A stretch of DNA of 62,817 bases from an uncultured Rhizobiaceae bacterium (lineage in GTDB: Bacteria > Pseudomonadota > Alphaproteobacteria > UBA828), in NCBI GenBank assembly GCA_964413115.1, contig CAYPSQ010000001.1, positions 36,827-99,643 of the forward strand. The letters run 5' to 3'. The position numbers and the translations under genes were made by a program. Shown here one piece after another: positions 39,808 to 49,384 of this stretch (positions are counted from its first letter, which is position 1; the number at the start of each line of letters is the position of its first letter). A model generated the notes under the pieces. That model had not been told where the DNA came from. It made no database searches and worked only from the letters and a program-made list of their open reading frames with translations.

Positions 39808-40419
39808 ATGGTGAGGACTCTTTTGATATTTGTGAAAGCGCCCCGCGTGGGCCAAGTAAAACGGCGGCTGGCACGTGATATCGGCAGTGCCGAAGCCTGG
39901 AGCTTTTATCGCCGCACCACGCGCCGGCTCATCCTCCGTCTCGCGCGGGACTTGCGCTGGCGTTGCCATCTCGTCGTAACGCCAGATTCGTTTGACGGTC
40001 GTGAGCGTTTTTGGCCGCTACCCTGCCCGGTTATGAAACAAGGTGAGGGAGACCTAGGCATGCGTATGTGGCGCGCCTTCGAGAAGGCCCCGCCCGGCCC
40101 CACTGTGCTTGTGGGTAGCGATATTCCCGATCTGAGGCCGTGCCACATCACCAAGGCATTCGCCGCGCTCGGCCGTGCCGATGCCGTATTTGGACCGGCA
40201 GAGGATGGTGGCTATTGGCTGGTCGGCCTTTCGCCTCGGGCGCTCCGCACCAGTCCCTTCGCCGATGTCGCATGGTCAAGCCCGTACGCCCTAGCAGACA
40301 CGGTAGCGAACCTGCCTAAGAGCCATTCCATTGCGATGTTAGATATGCTGAATGATGTAGATGTGGGCGCCGATCATTCGCTGTGGCGCACGCGTCGGCT
40401 CGACGCAGCAGAAATATGA
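39808..40419 (+). CDS. DUF2064 nucleotidyl/glycosyl-transferase-like protein ('transferase 1', TIGR04282-like, from memory)
   Basis: MVRTLLIFVKAPRVGQVKRRLARDIG..., ...QGEGDLGMRMWRAF..., ...LVGSDIPDL... and ...FGPAEDGGYWLVGL.... ATG 39808 lies 8 nt after the GT2 stop. The track start 39715 overlaps the GT2 gene. Confidence 0.75.
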   Translation: MVRTLLIFVKAPRVGQVKRRLARDIGSAEAWSFYRRTTRRLILRLARDLRWRCHLVVTPDSFDGRERFWPLPCPVMKQGEGDLGMRMWRAFEKAPPGPTVLVGSDIPDLRPCHITKAFAALGRADAVFGPAEDGGYWLVGLSPRALRTSPFADVAWSSPYALADTVANLPKSHSIAMLDMLNDVDVGADHSLWRTRRLDAAEI

Positions 40420-40684
40420 GATGCGGCTAATGCCAAAGCGCATATCTAGACGGGCACCGATTTTGTGACCATTATGGCAGTGGACCAAAGCCGTTTGGGC
40501 TTCACTCGCCTTCGAGAATGCATCGGGTGGAAAGTTTGCGGCGGGTATGGCACGGCGCTAGACGGTAGCGCCTCTATCCAGCCGAAATAGGCAAGATACA
40601 GGGTATGCTAACCTGCCCAAGAATTTAGCGAAGTGAGTAATTTCTTTTTCCTTACATTCCTCGTTATTGTCAGCGAATTACAGA

Positions 40685-41221
40685 TCAAGTGAGATGCTCC
40701 CTCAAGCGCGGCATGAGTTCCACCAGATTACACGGTTTTTGCCGGCTATCGAGTTGGGCTTTCAGGATCTTATCCCAACCGTCGCGACAGGCGCCGGGTG
40801 ATCCGGGCAGCGCGAAGAGGTAAGTACCGTCGGCAAGGCCACCGGTGGCGCGCGATTGGATGGTCGAGGTGCCGATCGTTTCATAACTGAGCTGACGGAA
40901 TAGTTCTCCGAAGCCGTTGATCTCCTTTTCATACACTTCGGCGAAGGCTTCGGGCGTGACGTCCCGGCCGGTCAGTCCGGTTCCGCCCGTGGCGATCACG
41001 GTGTCGATTTCGGGGTCGGAGATCCAGATTCGTAATTGTGTCGAAATCAGTGCTTGCTCATCTTTGACGATAAGCCGGGCAACCAAATTGTGACCGGCTT
41101 CAGTGATCCGCGCCTCTAGTACGTCGCCGGATTTGTCGTCGGCGCGCGTGCGCGAATCTGAAACCGTCAGAAGCGCGATATTGACCGGCAGAAAATCTCG
41201 GTCTCCCGATATTTTACCCAT
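40685..41221 (-). CDS. moaB: molybdenum cofactor biosynthesis protein B
   Basis: 178 aa with ...[21 protein letters not shown]..., ...[18 protein letters not shown]... and ...[10 protein letters not shown].... Confidence 0.85.
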   Translation of the reverse strand: MGKISGDRDFLPVNIALLTVSDSRTRADDKSGDVLEARITEAGHNLVARLIVKDEQALISTQLRIWISDPEIDTVIATGGTGLTGRDVTPEAFAEVYEKEINGFGELFRQLSYETIGTSTIQSRATGGLADGTYLFALPGSPGACRDGWDKILKAQLDSRQKPCNLVELMPRLREHLT

Positions 41222-43115
41222 TATCAGCGAAGCTCCTCTCCTGCGGTGAATAATTTGGCCACAGCCCCGAAGCGGTGGCGTCGAGTGATGGCGTTGGTTG
41301 CCTCAGGCGCATGCGGTAAATCCAATAGTTAGTGATAACGCGCTCAATAAATTCGCGCGTTTCGCGCGAACGGATGCTTTCGATGAAGAGCAATGGGTCT
41401 TCGTTAAAATTTGTTTTTGGCAACCATTTTTTCAAGTTTCCTGGCCCAGCATTATAGGCACAGAGGAGATAAAAAATATTGCCGTCTACGATATCTTGGG
41501 TGAGCAAATGCTGCACGTAGGATTGGCCGAGGGCAATATTCAGTTCAGGATTTAAGAGGGTGCGGCTGTTCACATCTTTGATGCGTTCTTGCTGTGCGGC
41601 GAAACGCGCGGTAGCCGGCATCAACTGCATGAGCCCCCTTGCACCGCTTCGGTTTTTTGCTGTGGCCTTGAATTTTGATTCCTGGCGGATAAGTGCAAAT
41701 ATGAGAGCCCTGTCAATTACATAGCCGCCTTTGGGTTGCCAGCTTGGCAGGGGAAAAGCCGCCGCATCGTGGATCTCTCCGTCGATTTTGCGCAGCTCTG
41801 TGCCCAGCGCTATTTGAATTGCGGCTAGTCCAAGCTGATTTGCAAGCGGCAAGATGGCGCTGGCCAAGGTGGAGCTGGCGCGCGGCCAAATTACGCGAAT
41901 TTCCTTCTCCGCCCGTAAGCCCTGATGCACCTCCACCAGCGCCCGCGCACGTCGCACAGCCATACTTCTGTCGAGCACGGCTAGATGGGCCTCCGTCAAA
42001 ACGGATGAACGCCAATTTAAGTCCGGCTCAAGTCCGAGGGCGCGTGTCGCGAGAAGGCCGTAAAACGTGCGCGGATCCTGAGCCGCAATCTTGAGCCAGT
42101 AGCTGACGTGTTGTGGGCGACGTAACCGGAGCTCGCCGCGCGCTGCCCAATAGGCGCCTGAAGTTATCAGCCAGGGCGACGCAGTGGGCGAATGCGCAAG
42201 CTTGGCGAAATGGCCCACCGCTGATTCCAACCGGCCCAGCCGCCATTCGGCGAGGCCAGCGGTCCAATCGGCGTCGGGCACAAACTGTCGCGAGCGAGCA
42301 GCGCTGGCGGATGCCAATTCAAATGCTAATGCGTCCTTGTTGTGGAGATAATAGCTCCACGCAATGCGTGCTTGATAGGCATCATACTCGGCCTCGCTTG
42401 CGAGCTCCGAATGAGCTTTAGAGGTAAGAATTTGTCGTGCACCGGTGGGCCAACCGCTACGAATGCGAGCGCGAATGTCGCGCTGTAAGCCTAACAATCG
42501 ATTGCGCTGATCTCGGTTGATACCCCGTCGCGGAATGCGCGGTAGGGCATATTCGCCTCCGCCCGAGGATAGTCCCGCCCCATTTGTCGCAATGGGCGAC
42601 TTGGGTGCTTTGACACCAGAAGGTTTGCGTTTCATCGCTAGCCGGTAGAGCCGGCGCGCATCGGGGTGATCGGCATATTCGTTGAGCCATAGTTTCAGCT
42701 CATTGAAAGTTGAGCGATGGGCTGTCGGGTGAAGGTATTTCTGGGCCAATACGTGGCCCATTAAAATCTCATCTTTGAGCTTTAATATTAACTTGGCCGC
42801 AGCGCCTAATTTACCCTCCTCCTGCAGCAAAAATATCCGCCCGTAGAGTACTCTATCGCTTTCGTCGAGCACCGGAGGCAGAGCAATTTCCCCGGCATAG
42901 AGTGGTGTCTCTTGCAACGGTGCTGGGAGGTGGAAATTTTCCATCTCGGTCGGCGTATTATCGTTTCTCTGCGCGAAGGCCGGCGTCGCTAGAAACGCCG
43001 ATACTCCTAGACAAGCGCCTAACATGATGCCGAGCGTCTTGAAAAAAATTTCCCCCACGCCGGTTTTCCCCGGCACCTTTTTCGGCCTCCCTTGCGCCCC
43101 TGACTGCAGTCTCAC
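41214..43115 (-). CDS. soluble lytic murein transglycosylase (Slt70-like)
   Basis: 633 aa with the signal peptide ...MLGACLGVSAFLATPAFA, a superhelical N-terminal region and the SLT catalytic domain ...ALIRQESKFKATAKNRSGARGLMQLMPATA...AYNAGPGN.... GTG 43058 is an alternative start. Confidence 0.85.
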   Translation of the reverse strand: MRLQSGAQGRPKKVPGKTGVGEIFFKTLGIMLGACLGVSAFLATPAFAQRNDNTPTEMENFHLPAPLQETPLYAGEIALPPVLDESDRVLYGRIFLLQEEGKLGAAAKLILKLKDEILMGHVLAQKYLHPTAHRSTFNELKLWLNEYADHPDARRLYRLAMKRKPSGVKAPKSPIATNGAGLSSGGGEYALPRIPRRGINRDQRNRLLGLQRDIRARIRSGWPTGARQILTSKAHSELASEAEYDAYQARIAWSYYLHNKDALAFELASASAARSRQFVPDADWTAGLAEWRLGRLESAVGHFAKLAHSPTASPWLITSGAYWAARGELRLRRPQHVSYWLKIAAQDPRTFYGLLATRALGLEPDLNWRSSVLTEAHLAVLDRSMAVRRARALVEVHQGLRAEKEIRVIWPRASSTLASAILPLANQLGLAAIQIALGTELRKIDGEIHDAAAFPLPSWQPKGGYVIDRALIFALIRQESKFKATAKNRSGARGLMQLMPATARFAAQQERIKDVNSRTLLNPELNIALGQSYVQHLLTQDIVDGNIFYLLCAYNAGPGNLKKWLPKTNFNEDPLLFIESIRSRETREFIERVITNYWIYRMRLRQPTPSLDATASGLWPNYSPQERSFADNG

Positions 43116-43202
43116 GGTCGGCGGTCATCGCCTAATTGCGTGCGGTTTTATAGATCAATTGCCAAAACTCGGCAAATATCCCACTTGGCCGTTATCAGCT
43201 CT

Positions 43203-43994
43203 TTATCGGTCAATGTAGCGCAGCTTTTTCTGAACGGCGAGCAAATCGCGCCACACTTCGCGCTTTGCCGAAGGTTGACGCAGCACATAAGCGGGGTGGA
43301 AGGTTGCCATGGTTGGGATAGGCTGTGTCATGCTGGCCAGTGTGATTTCGCGCCATGTGCCGCGCAGGCGGGTGATTCCCTCGCGTTTGTCCAACAGAGC
43401 CTTGGCCGAGATTCCGCCTACCAAAACCAAAACTTTCGGTTGAACCAGTGCGATTTGGCGTTCGACGAAGGGCTGGCACAAAGCAATTTCCTCGGCTGTG
43501 GGGGAGCGGTTGCCTGGCGGCCGCCACGGCAGGATATTGCTAATGTAGGTTGACTTCCGATCCAGACCGATGGCCAGCAGCATACGGTCTAGCAACTGCC
43601 CGGCGGGGCCAACAAACGGCACGCCCTGGCGATCTTCCTCCGCACCGGGCGCTTCGCCGATCACCATGAGTACCGCCGATTCGTTGCCGTCACCGATGAC
43701 TGTATTGGTTGCCGTTCGTTTAAGCGCGCAGCCGTCGAAAGCGGTGATGGCGGTGCGCAGATCACTCAGCGAGGAGCAGGCGGCGGCGATCTCTGCGGAA
43801 CTGCGGGATTGTGCAGTCTCCGGTGCGGCAACCGTGGGGGGAATGGCTGGTGGTAGTGTATTCGGCCGCTTGGTGATTAATTCGGGTTGATTCGCTAGGA
43901 CAAAGCGGTTGCGCGGCTCGGTGTCGTGCGCCTCATCTACGCCTGCGGCGATGTACCAATGGAGGAGGGCGCGCGTGTTTTCTGTCTGATTCAC
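43203..43994 (-). CDS. uracil-DNA glycosylase, family 4
   Basis: ...[31 protein letters not shown]... and ...[12 protein letters not shown].... The start is uncertain. The track start 44168 overlaps the divergent ETF-QO gene. GTG 43994 ([14 protein letters not shown]...) or ATG 44060 are the plausible starts. Confidence 0.78.
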   Translation of the reverse strand: MNQTENTRALLHWYIAAGVDEAHDTEPRNRFVLANQPELITKRPNTLPPAIPPTVAAPETAQSRSSAEIAAACSSLSDLRTAITAFDGCALKRTATNTVIGDGNESAVLMVIGEAPGAEEDRQGVPFVGPAGQLLDRMLLAIGLDRKSTYISNILPWRPPGNRSPTAEEIALCQPFVERQIALVQPKVLVLVGGISAKALLDKREGITRLRGTWREITLASMTQPIPTMATFHPAYVLRQPSAKREVWRDLLAVQKKLRYIDR

Positions 43995-44094
43995 GGGACC
44001 GAGTCTAGCAGATTGATGCGTGTCCTTGCAGCAATTGACCGAATGGATAGATCCCCGCATAACTGAAGTTCGGATACAGCAGCGGAAACAAATC

Positions 44095-45735
44095 ATGACC
44101 CGAGAATCTATGGAATACGATGTCGTGATCGTCGGTGCCGGGCCCGCTGGCCTGGCGGCGGCCATCAAGCTTAAGCAACTTGGTTTAGAGAAGGATCATG
44201 ATGTTAACGTCACGGTGATCGAAAAAGGCTCGGAAGTTGGTGCGCATATTCTTTCGGGCGCGGTGTTTGAACCGCAGGCACTGGACGAATTGATTCCCGA
44301 ATGGAAAGAGAAAGGCGCGCCTCTAAACACGCCGGTCAAGAACGATATATTTCTGTTCTTGCGCCGCTCCGCTTCGTTCAGGCTGCCCAATTTCCTGCTG
44401 CCACCGCAAATGCACAACAGAGGCAATTACATCATCAGTCTGGGCAGTTTATGCCGCTGGCTGGCGGCTCAAGCGGAAGAACTCGGCGTTGAAATTTATC
44501 CAGGATTCGCTGCCAATGAAGTGCTGTTTCATGAGGATGGCCGTGTGAAAGGCGTCGCCACGGGCGATATGGGAATCGCCAAAGATGGCACCGAGAAATC
44601 GACTTTCGAGCCGGGAATCGAATTGCATGCAAAATATACCCTATTCGCTGAGGGAGCGCGCGGATCGCTTAGTCAGGTGTTGATGGACCGATTTGGCCTC
44701 CGGGAGGGTGTCGCGCCGCAAACCTACGGCATCGGAATCAAGGAATTATGGCAGATCGACCCCGCCAAACACTCAGCCGGATTGGTGCAGCACAGTTTCG
44801 GCTGGCCGCTCGACTCAAAAACATATGGGGGCACCTTCCTTTATCATTTGGAGAAGGATTTAGTCGCCATTGGTCTGGTTGTCGCGCTCGACTATCAAAA
44901 TCCATATCTCTCTCCGTTTGACGAATTTCAGCGGGTCAAGACCCATCCTGCTATTGCAAGGCATCTTAGCGGCGCTACGCGCATTTCGTACGGCGCGCGT
45001 GCTATCAATGAGGGGGGGGTGCAATCGATTCCCAAACTCACCTTTGCCGGCGGCGCTCTGATCGGTTGCAGTGCCGGCTTTCTGAACGTGCCGAAGATCA
45101 AGGGCAGTCACAATGCGATGAAATCTGGCATGTTGGCTGCCGAAGCCGCGTTTGACAGTTTGCTCGGGGGGTCGGACGGGCAAGAAGAATTGACCGGTTA
45201 TACTAATGCCATTCAACAATCCTGGATCATCAAGGAGCTGAAAGAGGTACGGAATTGTCGTCCGGCGTTCCGTTGGGGATTGCTCGTTGGCACGTTGATC
45301 AGCGGACTCGAATTGTGGACCCGCGGGGTGATCCCTTGGACTCTTGGCCATCATGCAGATCACGAAAGCCTGAAACCTGCCGCCCGAAGCCGAAAGATCA
45401 ATTATCCCAAACCGGATGGCAAACTCACATTCGATAAACTTTCCTCGGTGTTCATCTCCAATACCAATCACGAAGAAGATCAGCCCGGTCATCTCAGACT
45501 GAAAGACGATGCGGTTCCAATTGATCACAATTTAGCGCTTTACGATGCGCCGGAGCAACGCTACTGCCCGGCCGGGGTTTACGAGATCCTCGACGACGTG
45601 AACGGCGCTCCACGCTTGCAGATCAATGCGCAAAATTGCGTGCACTGCAAAACCTGCGACATCAAGGATCCGACCCAAAATATTCATTGGACGGTCCCCG
45701 AAGGCGGGGGCGGGCCAAACTATCCGAACATGTAA
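44095..45735 (+). CDS. electron transfer flavoprotein-ubiquinone oxidoreductase
   Basis: ...[19 protein letters not shown]... (FAD site) and the C-terminal ferredoxin-like ...RYCPAGVYE...[13 protein letters not shown]...[16 protein letters not shown] prefer ATG 44095 over the track start 44020. Confidence 0.93.
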   Translation: MTRESMEYDVVIVGAGPAGLAAAIKLKQLGLEKDHDVNVTVIEKGSEVGAHILSGAVFEPQALDELIPEWKEKGAPLNTPVKNDIFLFLRRSASFRLPNFLLPPQMHNRGNYIISLGSLCRWLAAQAEELGVEIYPGFAANEVLFHEDGRVKGVATGDMGIAKDGTEKSTFEPGIELHAKYTLFAEGARGSLSQVLMDRFGLREGVAPQTYGIGIKELWQIDPAKHSAGLVQHSFGWPLDSKTYGGTFLYHLEKDLVAIGLVVALDYQNPYLSPFDEFQRVKTHPAIARHLSGATRISYGARAINEGGVQSIPKLTFAGGALIGCSAGFLNVPKIKGSHNAMKSGMLAAEAAFDSLLGGSDGQEELTGYTNAIQQSWIIKELKEVRNCRPAFRWGLLVGTLISGLELWTRGVIPWTLGHHADHESLKPAARSRKINYPKPDGKLTFDKLSSVFISNTNHEEDQPGHLRLKDDAVPIDHNLALYDAPEQRYCPAGVYEILDDVNGAPRLQINAQNCVHCKTCDIKDPTQNIHWTVPEGGGGPNYPNM

Positions 45736-45861
45736 TCTAATTTGGCCCGCGGATTTGTGATTAGTTCACGCAGAAGAGGGGCGTTGGCGGTCATGTCAGA
45801 GATACGTTAAACTGCCGAAAATGATTGGATCTGACAAAAAACTCCGCGGCACAGTGCTTTC

Positions 45862-47634
45862 ATGACGGTCATGCGCGCATACCGCCGATACTGGAGCGAA
45901 AACTTCATTCGATCGATTACCCGAGGGGCGATAGTCCTTGCGGCTCTGATCCTAGTCGGGGCTGGCCGTGTCGGTGCTGAAACGCCACCTGATCCTACAC
46001 CAGCGAAACCGCTCGCTGAACATCCCGGCTATAGCGACCTGCCCGGTAATTACCTTGCTGGCCGCTTCGCCCACCGGGAGCGGGATATTACGTCAGCGGC
46101 AAGATATTTTAGGCAGGTTCTAGCGGAGGACTATAAGAATCGCGCCCTGGTACAGCGAGCACTTATCCTCACCTTGCAGGACGGTCAAATCGATCAAGCT
46201 ATACCGCTCGCCACGCATTTGGTCGAGCTTGATCCAAAGTCCAAGATCGGTCATCTGATTCTGATTGTCGCTGCGGTTGCAGACGGCCGACTTGATGACG
46301 CATTTAGGAGGGTAAATGATCTAGACCGCGACGGAATTTACGAGTTGATAGCTCCGATAATCCTGGGCTGGGTGGAGTTAGGCCAGGGTAATTTCAATTC
46401 GGCGCTCGCCGCGATTGAACCTTTGGCCGCCAAAAAGAACTTCGAAATGTATCACGCCTATCATGGCGCGTTGATGGCAGACATAGCTGGCCAGCAGGAT
46501 GTTGCGGCTGAGAAATTTAGTCTCGCCTTGAATGCGGTTCCTGGGGGGACGCTGCGCGTGGTTGTCGCCTATGCCACATCATTGAGGGGTGCTGGGCGTA
46601 AAGATGAAGCGAATGCGGTGTATCAGAGTTACCGCGAGAATCACCCAGAATCACCGTGGCTTGAACCGATACTTTCCATGATCAATTCGGATGCGCGCCC
46701 TGGGCCAATTATTTCGACGGCTAAAGAGGGTGTGGCCGAAGCGTTGTTCGGTGCAGCGAGTGCACTTCCCAACGAAAGTGCCGGTGATACTGGTTTAATT
46801 TACGCCTATCTTGCGCTCCATCTCAGGCCTGATTTTCCCGTTGCACAGTTTCTGGTGGGCGAAGTCCTCGATGTGCTGGAACGATATGAAGATGCGATAG
46901 AGGCCTATAGCGGCATTGCTAGGAGCAGTTATTATTCCTGGGCCGCTCGGCTGCGTGCTGCCTCGGACTTGGCGACCGTCCAGCGAGTTGATAAAGCAGT
47001 GAATATTCTTAAGGAAATGGTGGACGAAAACCCCAAGCGCTCTGACGCGGCGATCACCTTGGCCGACGTTTTGCGGCGAAACGAGCGCTTCGACGAATCC
47101 GTTAAGTTCTATGATGTGGCAATAGGCCGCACCATCGGGTTCGAAGCGCGGCATTGGACGCTTTTCTACTCGCGGGGCGTTATGTTGGAGCGCACCAAAC
47201 AATGGCCGCTCGCCGAAGCGGATTTCCTGCATGCGCTGGAATTAAAGCCCGATCAACCCCTGGTGTTGAATTATCTGGGGTACTCTTGGGTTGAACAGGG
47301 CATGAATTTGGAGCGGGCCATGAAATTAATTCAGCGCGCCGTGGCGCTGCGCCCGAGAGACGGATATATCGTTGACAGTCTGGGTTGGGCCCACTACCGA
47401 TTGGGCGACTTTGAAAATGCGGTAAAATTTCTTGAGCGCGCCGTCGAACTACGGGCTGATGACCCTATCATAACTGACCACCTCGGTGATATTTATTGGA
47501 AGGTGGGCCGGCAAAATGAAGCTAGATTCCAGTGGGAACGCTCCTTGGTCCTCGGTGCGGAAGAGGAAGCGGCTATTCTCATTCGGCAAAAGCTGAAAGA
47601 AGGCTTGCTGGACTCTCATGAAGGAACGCAGTGA
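45862..47634 (+). CDS. tetratricopeptide (TPR) repeat protein with N-terminal signal/TM
   Basis: 590 aa. The N-terminal hydrophobic segment ...GAIVLAALILVGAG... is followed by repeated TPR-like units (e.g. ...EADFLHALELKPDQPLVLNYLGY..., ...DFENAVKFLERAVELRADDP...). It lies upstream of, and overlaps, ispE. Confidence 0.7.
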   Translation: MTVMRAYRRYWSENFIRSITRGAIVLAALILVGAGRVGAETPPDPTPAKPLAEHPGYSDLPGNYLAGRFAHRERDITSAARYFRQVLAEDYKNRALVQRALILTLQDGQIDQAIPLATHLVELDPKSKIGHLILIVAAVADGRLDDAFRRVNDLDRDGIYELIAPIILGWVELGQGNFNSALAAIEPLAAKKNFEMYHAYHGALMADIAGQQDVAAEKFSLALNAVPGGTLRVVVAYATSLRGAGRKDEANAVYQSYRENHPESPWLEPILSMINSDARPGPIISTAKEGVAEALFGAASALPNESAGDTGLIYAYLALHLRPDFPVAQFLVGEVLDVLERYEDAIEAYSGIARSSYYSWAARLRAASDLATVQRVDKAVNILKEMVDENPKRSDAAITLADVLRRNERFDESVKFYDVAIGRTIGFEARHWTLFYSRGVMLERTKQWPLAEADFLHALELKPDQPLVLNYLGYSWVEQGMNLERAMKLIQRAVALRPRDGYIVDSLGWAHYRLGDFENAVKFLERAVELRADDPIITDHLGDIYWKVGRQNEARFQWERSLVLGAEEEAAILIRQKLKEGLLDSHEGTQ

Positions 47635-48515
47635 CGGGCAGCACTGAACGGCCTTTCTCGTCAGAGGCACCCGCCAAGCTTAATCTCTATCTTCACGTTA
47701 CTGGTCGGCGCGATGATGGCTATCATAAACTCGATAGCCTGATCGCTTTTGCGGCGCCGTTTGATCGTGTTTCAGCAGCGCCGTCGGAAGAGTTTTTATT
47801 AGAGTTCAGCGGTCCGTTTGCGGCTAATTTGAAATCCGCAGACGGGCAAAATTTGATTGAGAAGGCAGCCCGTCGTCTAGCTAAGTTGGCGAATATTAAG
47901 CCTGCGGCGCGGATCACGCTGGATAAGCAACTACCTATTGCGGCAGGTATCGGAGGCGGGTCTTCAGATGCGGCCGCCGCGCTTCGCGTTCTTACTTCTC
48001 TGTGGCGCTTAAAAATTAATTCGAATGATCTTCAAGACCTAGCACTTTCTCTGGGCGCCGATGTGCCGATGTGCTTGCACGGCAGAACATGCTTTGTCGG
48101 CGGTATCGGCGAATTGCTGGATGCAGCGCCGGCATTGCCTGAATGTGCTTTGGTGCTGGCTAATCCCGGAGTGCCTGTGGCGACGCCTAATGTGTTTCGC
48201 GCCCGAAGTGGCACCTATTCCGAGCCTGCGCGCTTTACAAAAGTGCCGAAGGATGTTGGCGCCTTGGCCGAATTATTGGCAGCGCGACGTAACGATCTCG
48301 AAGGCCCCGCAAAGGCGCTCGTGCCCGTGATCAACGACGTCTTGCATGCACTGCGTGGGTTACCCGGCTGCCACTTCGCCAGAATGTCTGGCAGTGGCGC
48401 CACATGTTTTGCTTTGTTCGAGGGCGAAGGCCAAGCGAGTGCGGCAGCTGAAATTCTGCGCGCACAGCATGCCGATTGGTGGATCGCACCCAGCCGTTTG
48501 ATTCAGCCAGCCTAG
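47631..48515 (+). CDS. ispE: 4-diphosphocytidyl-2-C-methyl-D-erythritol kinase
   Basis: 294 aa with a GTG start overlapping the TPR stop (GTGA). Motifs: ...APAKLNLYLHVTGRRDDGYH... and the GHMP motif ...PIAAGIGGGSSDAAA.... Confidence 0.92.
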   Translation: MTGSTERPFSSEAPAKLNLYLHVTGRRDDGYHKLDSLIAFAAPFDRVSAAPSEEFLLEFSGPFAANLKSADGQNLIEKAARRLAKLANIKPAARITLDKQLPIAAGIGGGSSDAAAALRVLTSLWRLKINSNDLQDLALSLGADVPMCLHGRTCFVGGIGELLDAAPALPECALVLANPGVPVATPNVFRARSGTYSEPARFTKVPKDVGALAELLAARRNDLEGPAKALVPVINDVLHALRGLPGCHFARMSGSGATCFALFEGEGQASAAAEILRAQHADWWIAPSRLIQPA

Positions 48516-48562
48516 TTCGAATTTAGGGCGCTAGAGCAGGCCCCCCAGGTGCCTTAGTGTGG

Positions 48563-49348
48563 TTATGGGGCTTCCTGACGTACGCCATCTACATAGATGC
48601 CGTCCGCATATCGTTTGTGAAAGCAAATATGGCCCGCGATTGGCCCGGCTTCGGGCAGGGGCGTGAGGTAGGTCCAAGCAATATCGTTGATGGTTCTGCT
48701 GCCGTTCGAAAATGAAAAATATTGCGCCTCGCCCTTATATGGGCATCGCGTTCGCCGCTGGGATTCCGTAAGGAGATCCATGCGCACATCATCGCATGGA
48801 ATATAGTGGCGCGGTGCCAGGCCGGTCTCGAAAAGAAACTGCCCGCGGTTGCTTTCGGCAACAACCATGCCGCCAAATTCAATCAGCACCGGGCGCGTAC
48901 TTTTCAAAATATCTAGCCGCACATGTGGGTTGCGGGCATGACCAAATATTTCCTCATCTTCTTCATACCAACCATCCATTAGTTGCCAATAGAGCGCTAC
49001 GTGCCCGGCTAGTTGCTGCGCTTCGTCATAAGGCGTCTCATATCCCCACACCACGTTTTCCGCCGTCTTGCCGCCCACCTTTAACGTCCAATAGGAGGCA
49101 TCCCCCTTAAACGGACAATGGCTGCGATAAGCCGTTTTCTCGGCAAACTCTGCTTTAAAATCGGGCCAAGGAAAGTAGTAGACTGGGATGCAGGCGCTCT
49201 CCAGCATCAGTAATGCGTTCGTACTGTCGATGATCGTTTCGCCGCCAAATTTCACACGCACCCGTTTTGCGCACGGCATCAGTTCTAGGCCGTAGCCCGG
49301 GTGCTTAGCAAAACCCGGCGCGGAATTGTCTTTTTTGGCACGTGTCAT
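48563..49348 (-). CDS. tandem DUF427 domain protein
   Basis: 261 aa with two homologous halves. Half 1: ...KRVRVKFGGETIIDSTNALLMLESACIPVYYFPWPD...CPFKGDASYW.... Half 2: ...RPVLIEFGGMVVAESNRGQFLFETGLAPRHYIPCDD...CPYKGEAQYF.... Confidence 0.75.
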   Translation of the reverse strand: MTRAKKDNSAPGFAKHPGYGLELMPCAKRVRVKFGGETIIDSTNALLMLESACIPVYYFPWPDFKAEFAEKTAYRSHCPFKGDASYWTLKVGGKTAENVVWGYETPYDEAQQLAGHVALYWQLMDGWYEEDEEIFGHARNPHVRLDILKSTRPVLIEFGGMVVAESNRGQFLFETGLAPRHYIPCDDVRMDLLTESQRRTRCPYKGEAQYFSFSNGSRTINDIAWTYLTPLPEAGPIAGHICFHKRYADGIYVDGVRQEAP

Positions 49349-49384
49349 AGCTATCCACCTCGACGCCAGCGGGTGTACCGTAAC

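Noticed and set aside
44860-45528. 222-aa ORF antisense to ETF-QO; likewise 60660..61331(-) antisense to the NmrA-like gene, 20899..21411(-) antisense to the lipoprotein gene, and 33527..33937(-) antisense to mutY
   Set aside because: They have no recognisable motifs and biased composition, and each is fully nested opposite a well-supported gene.
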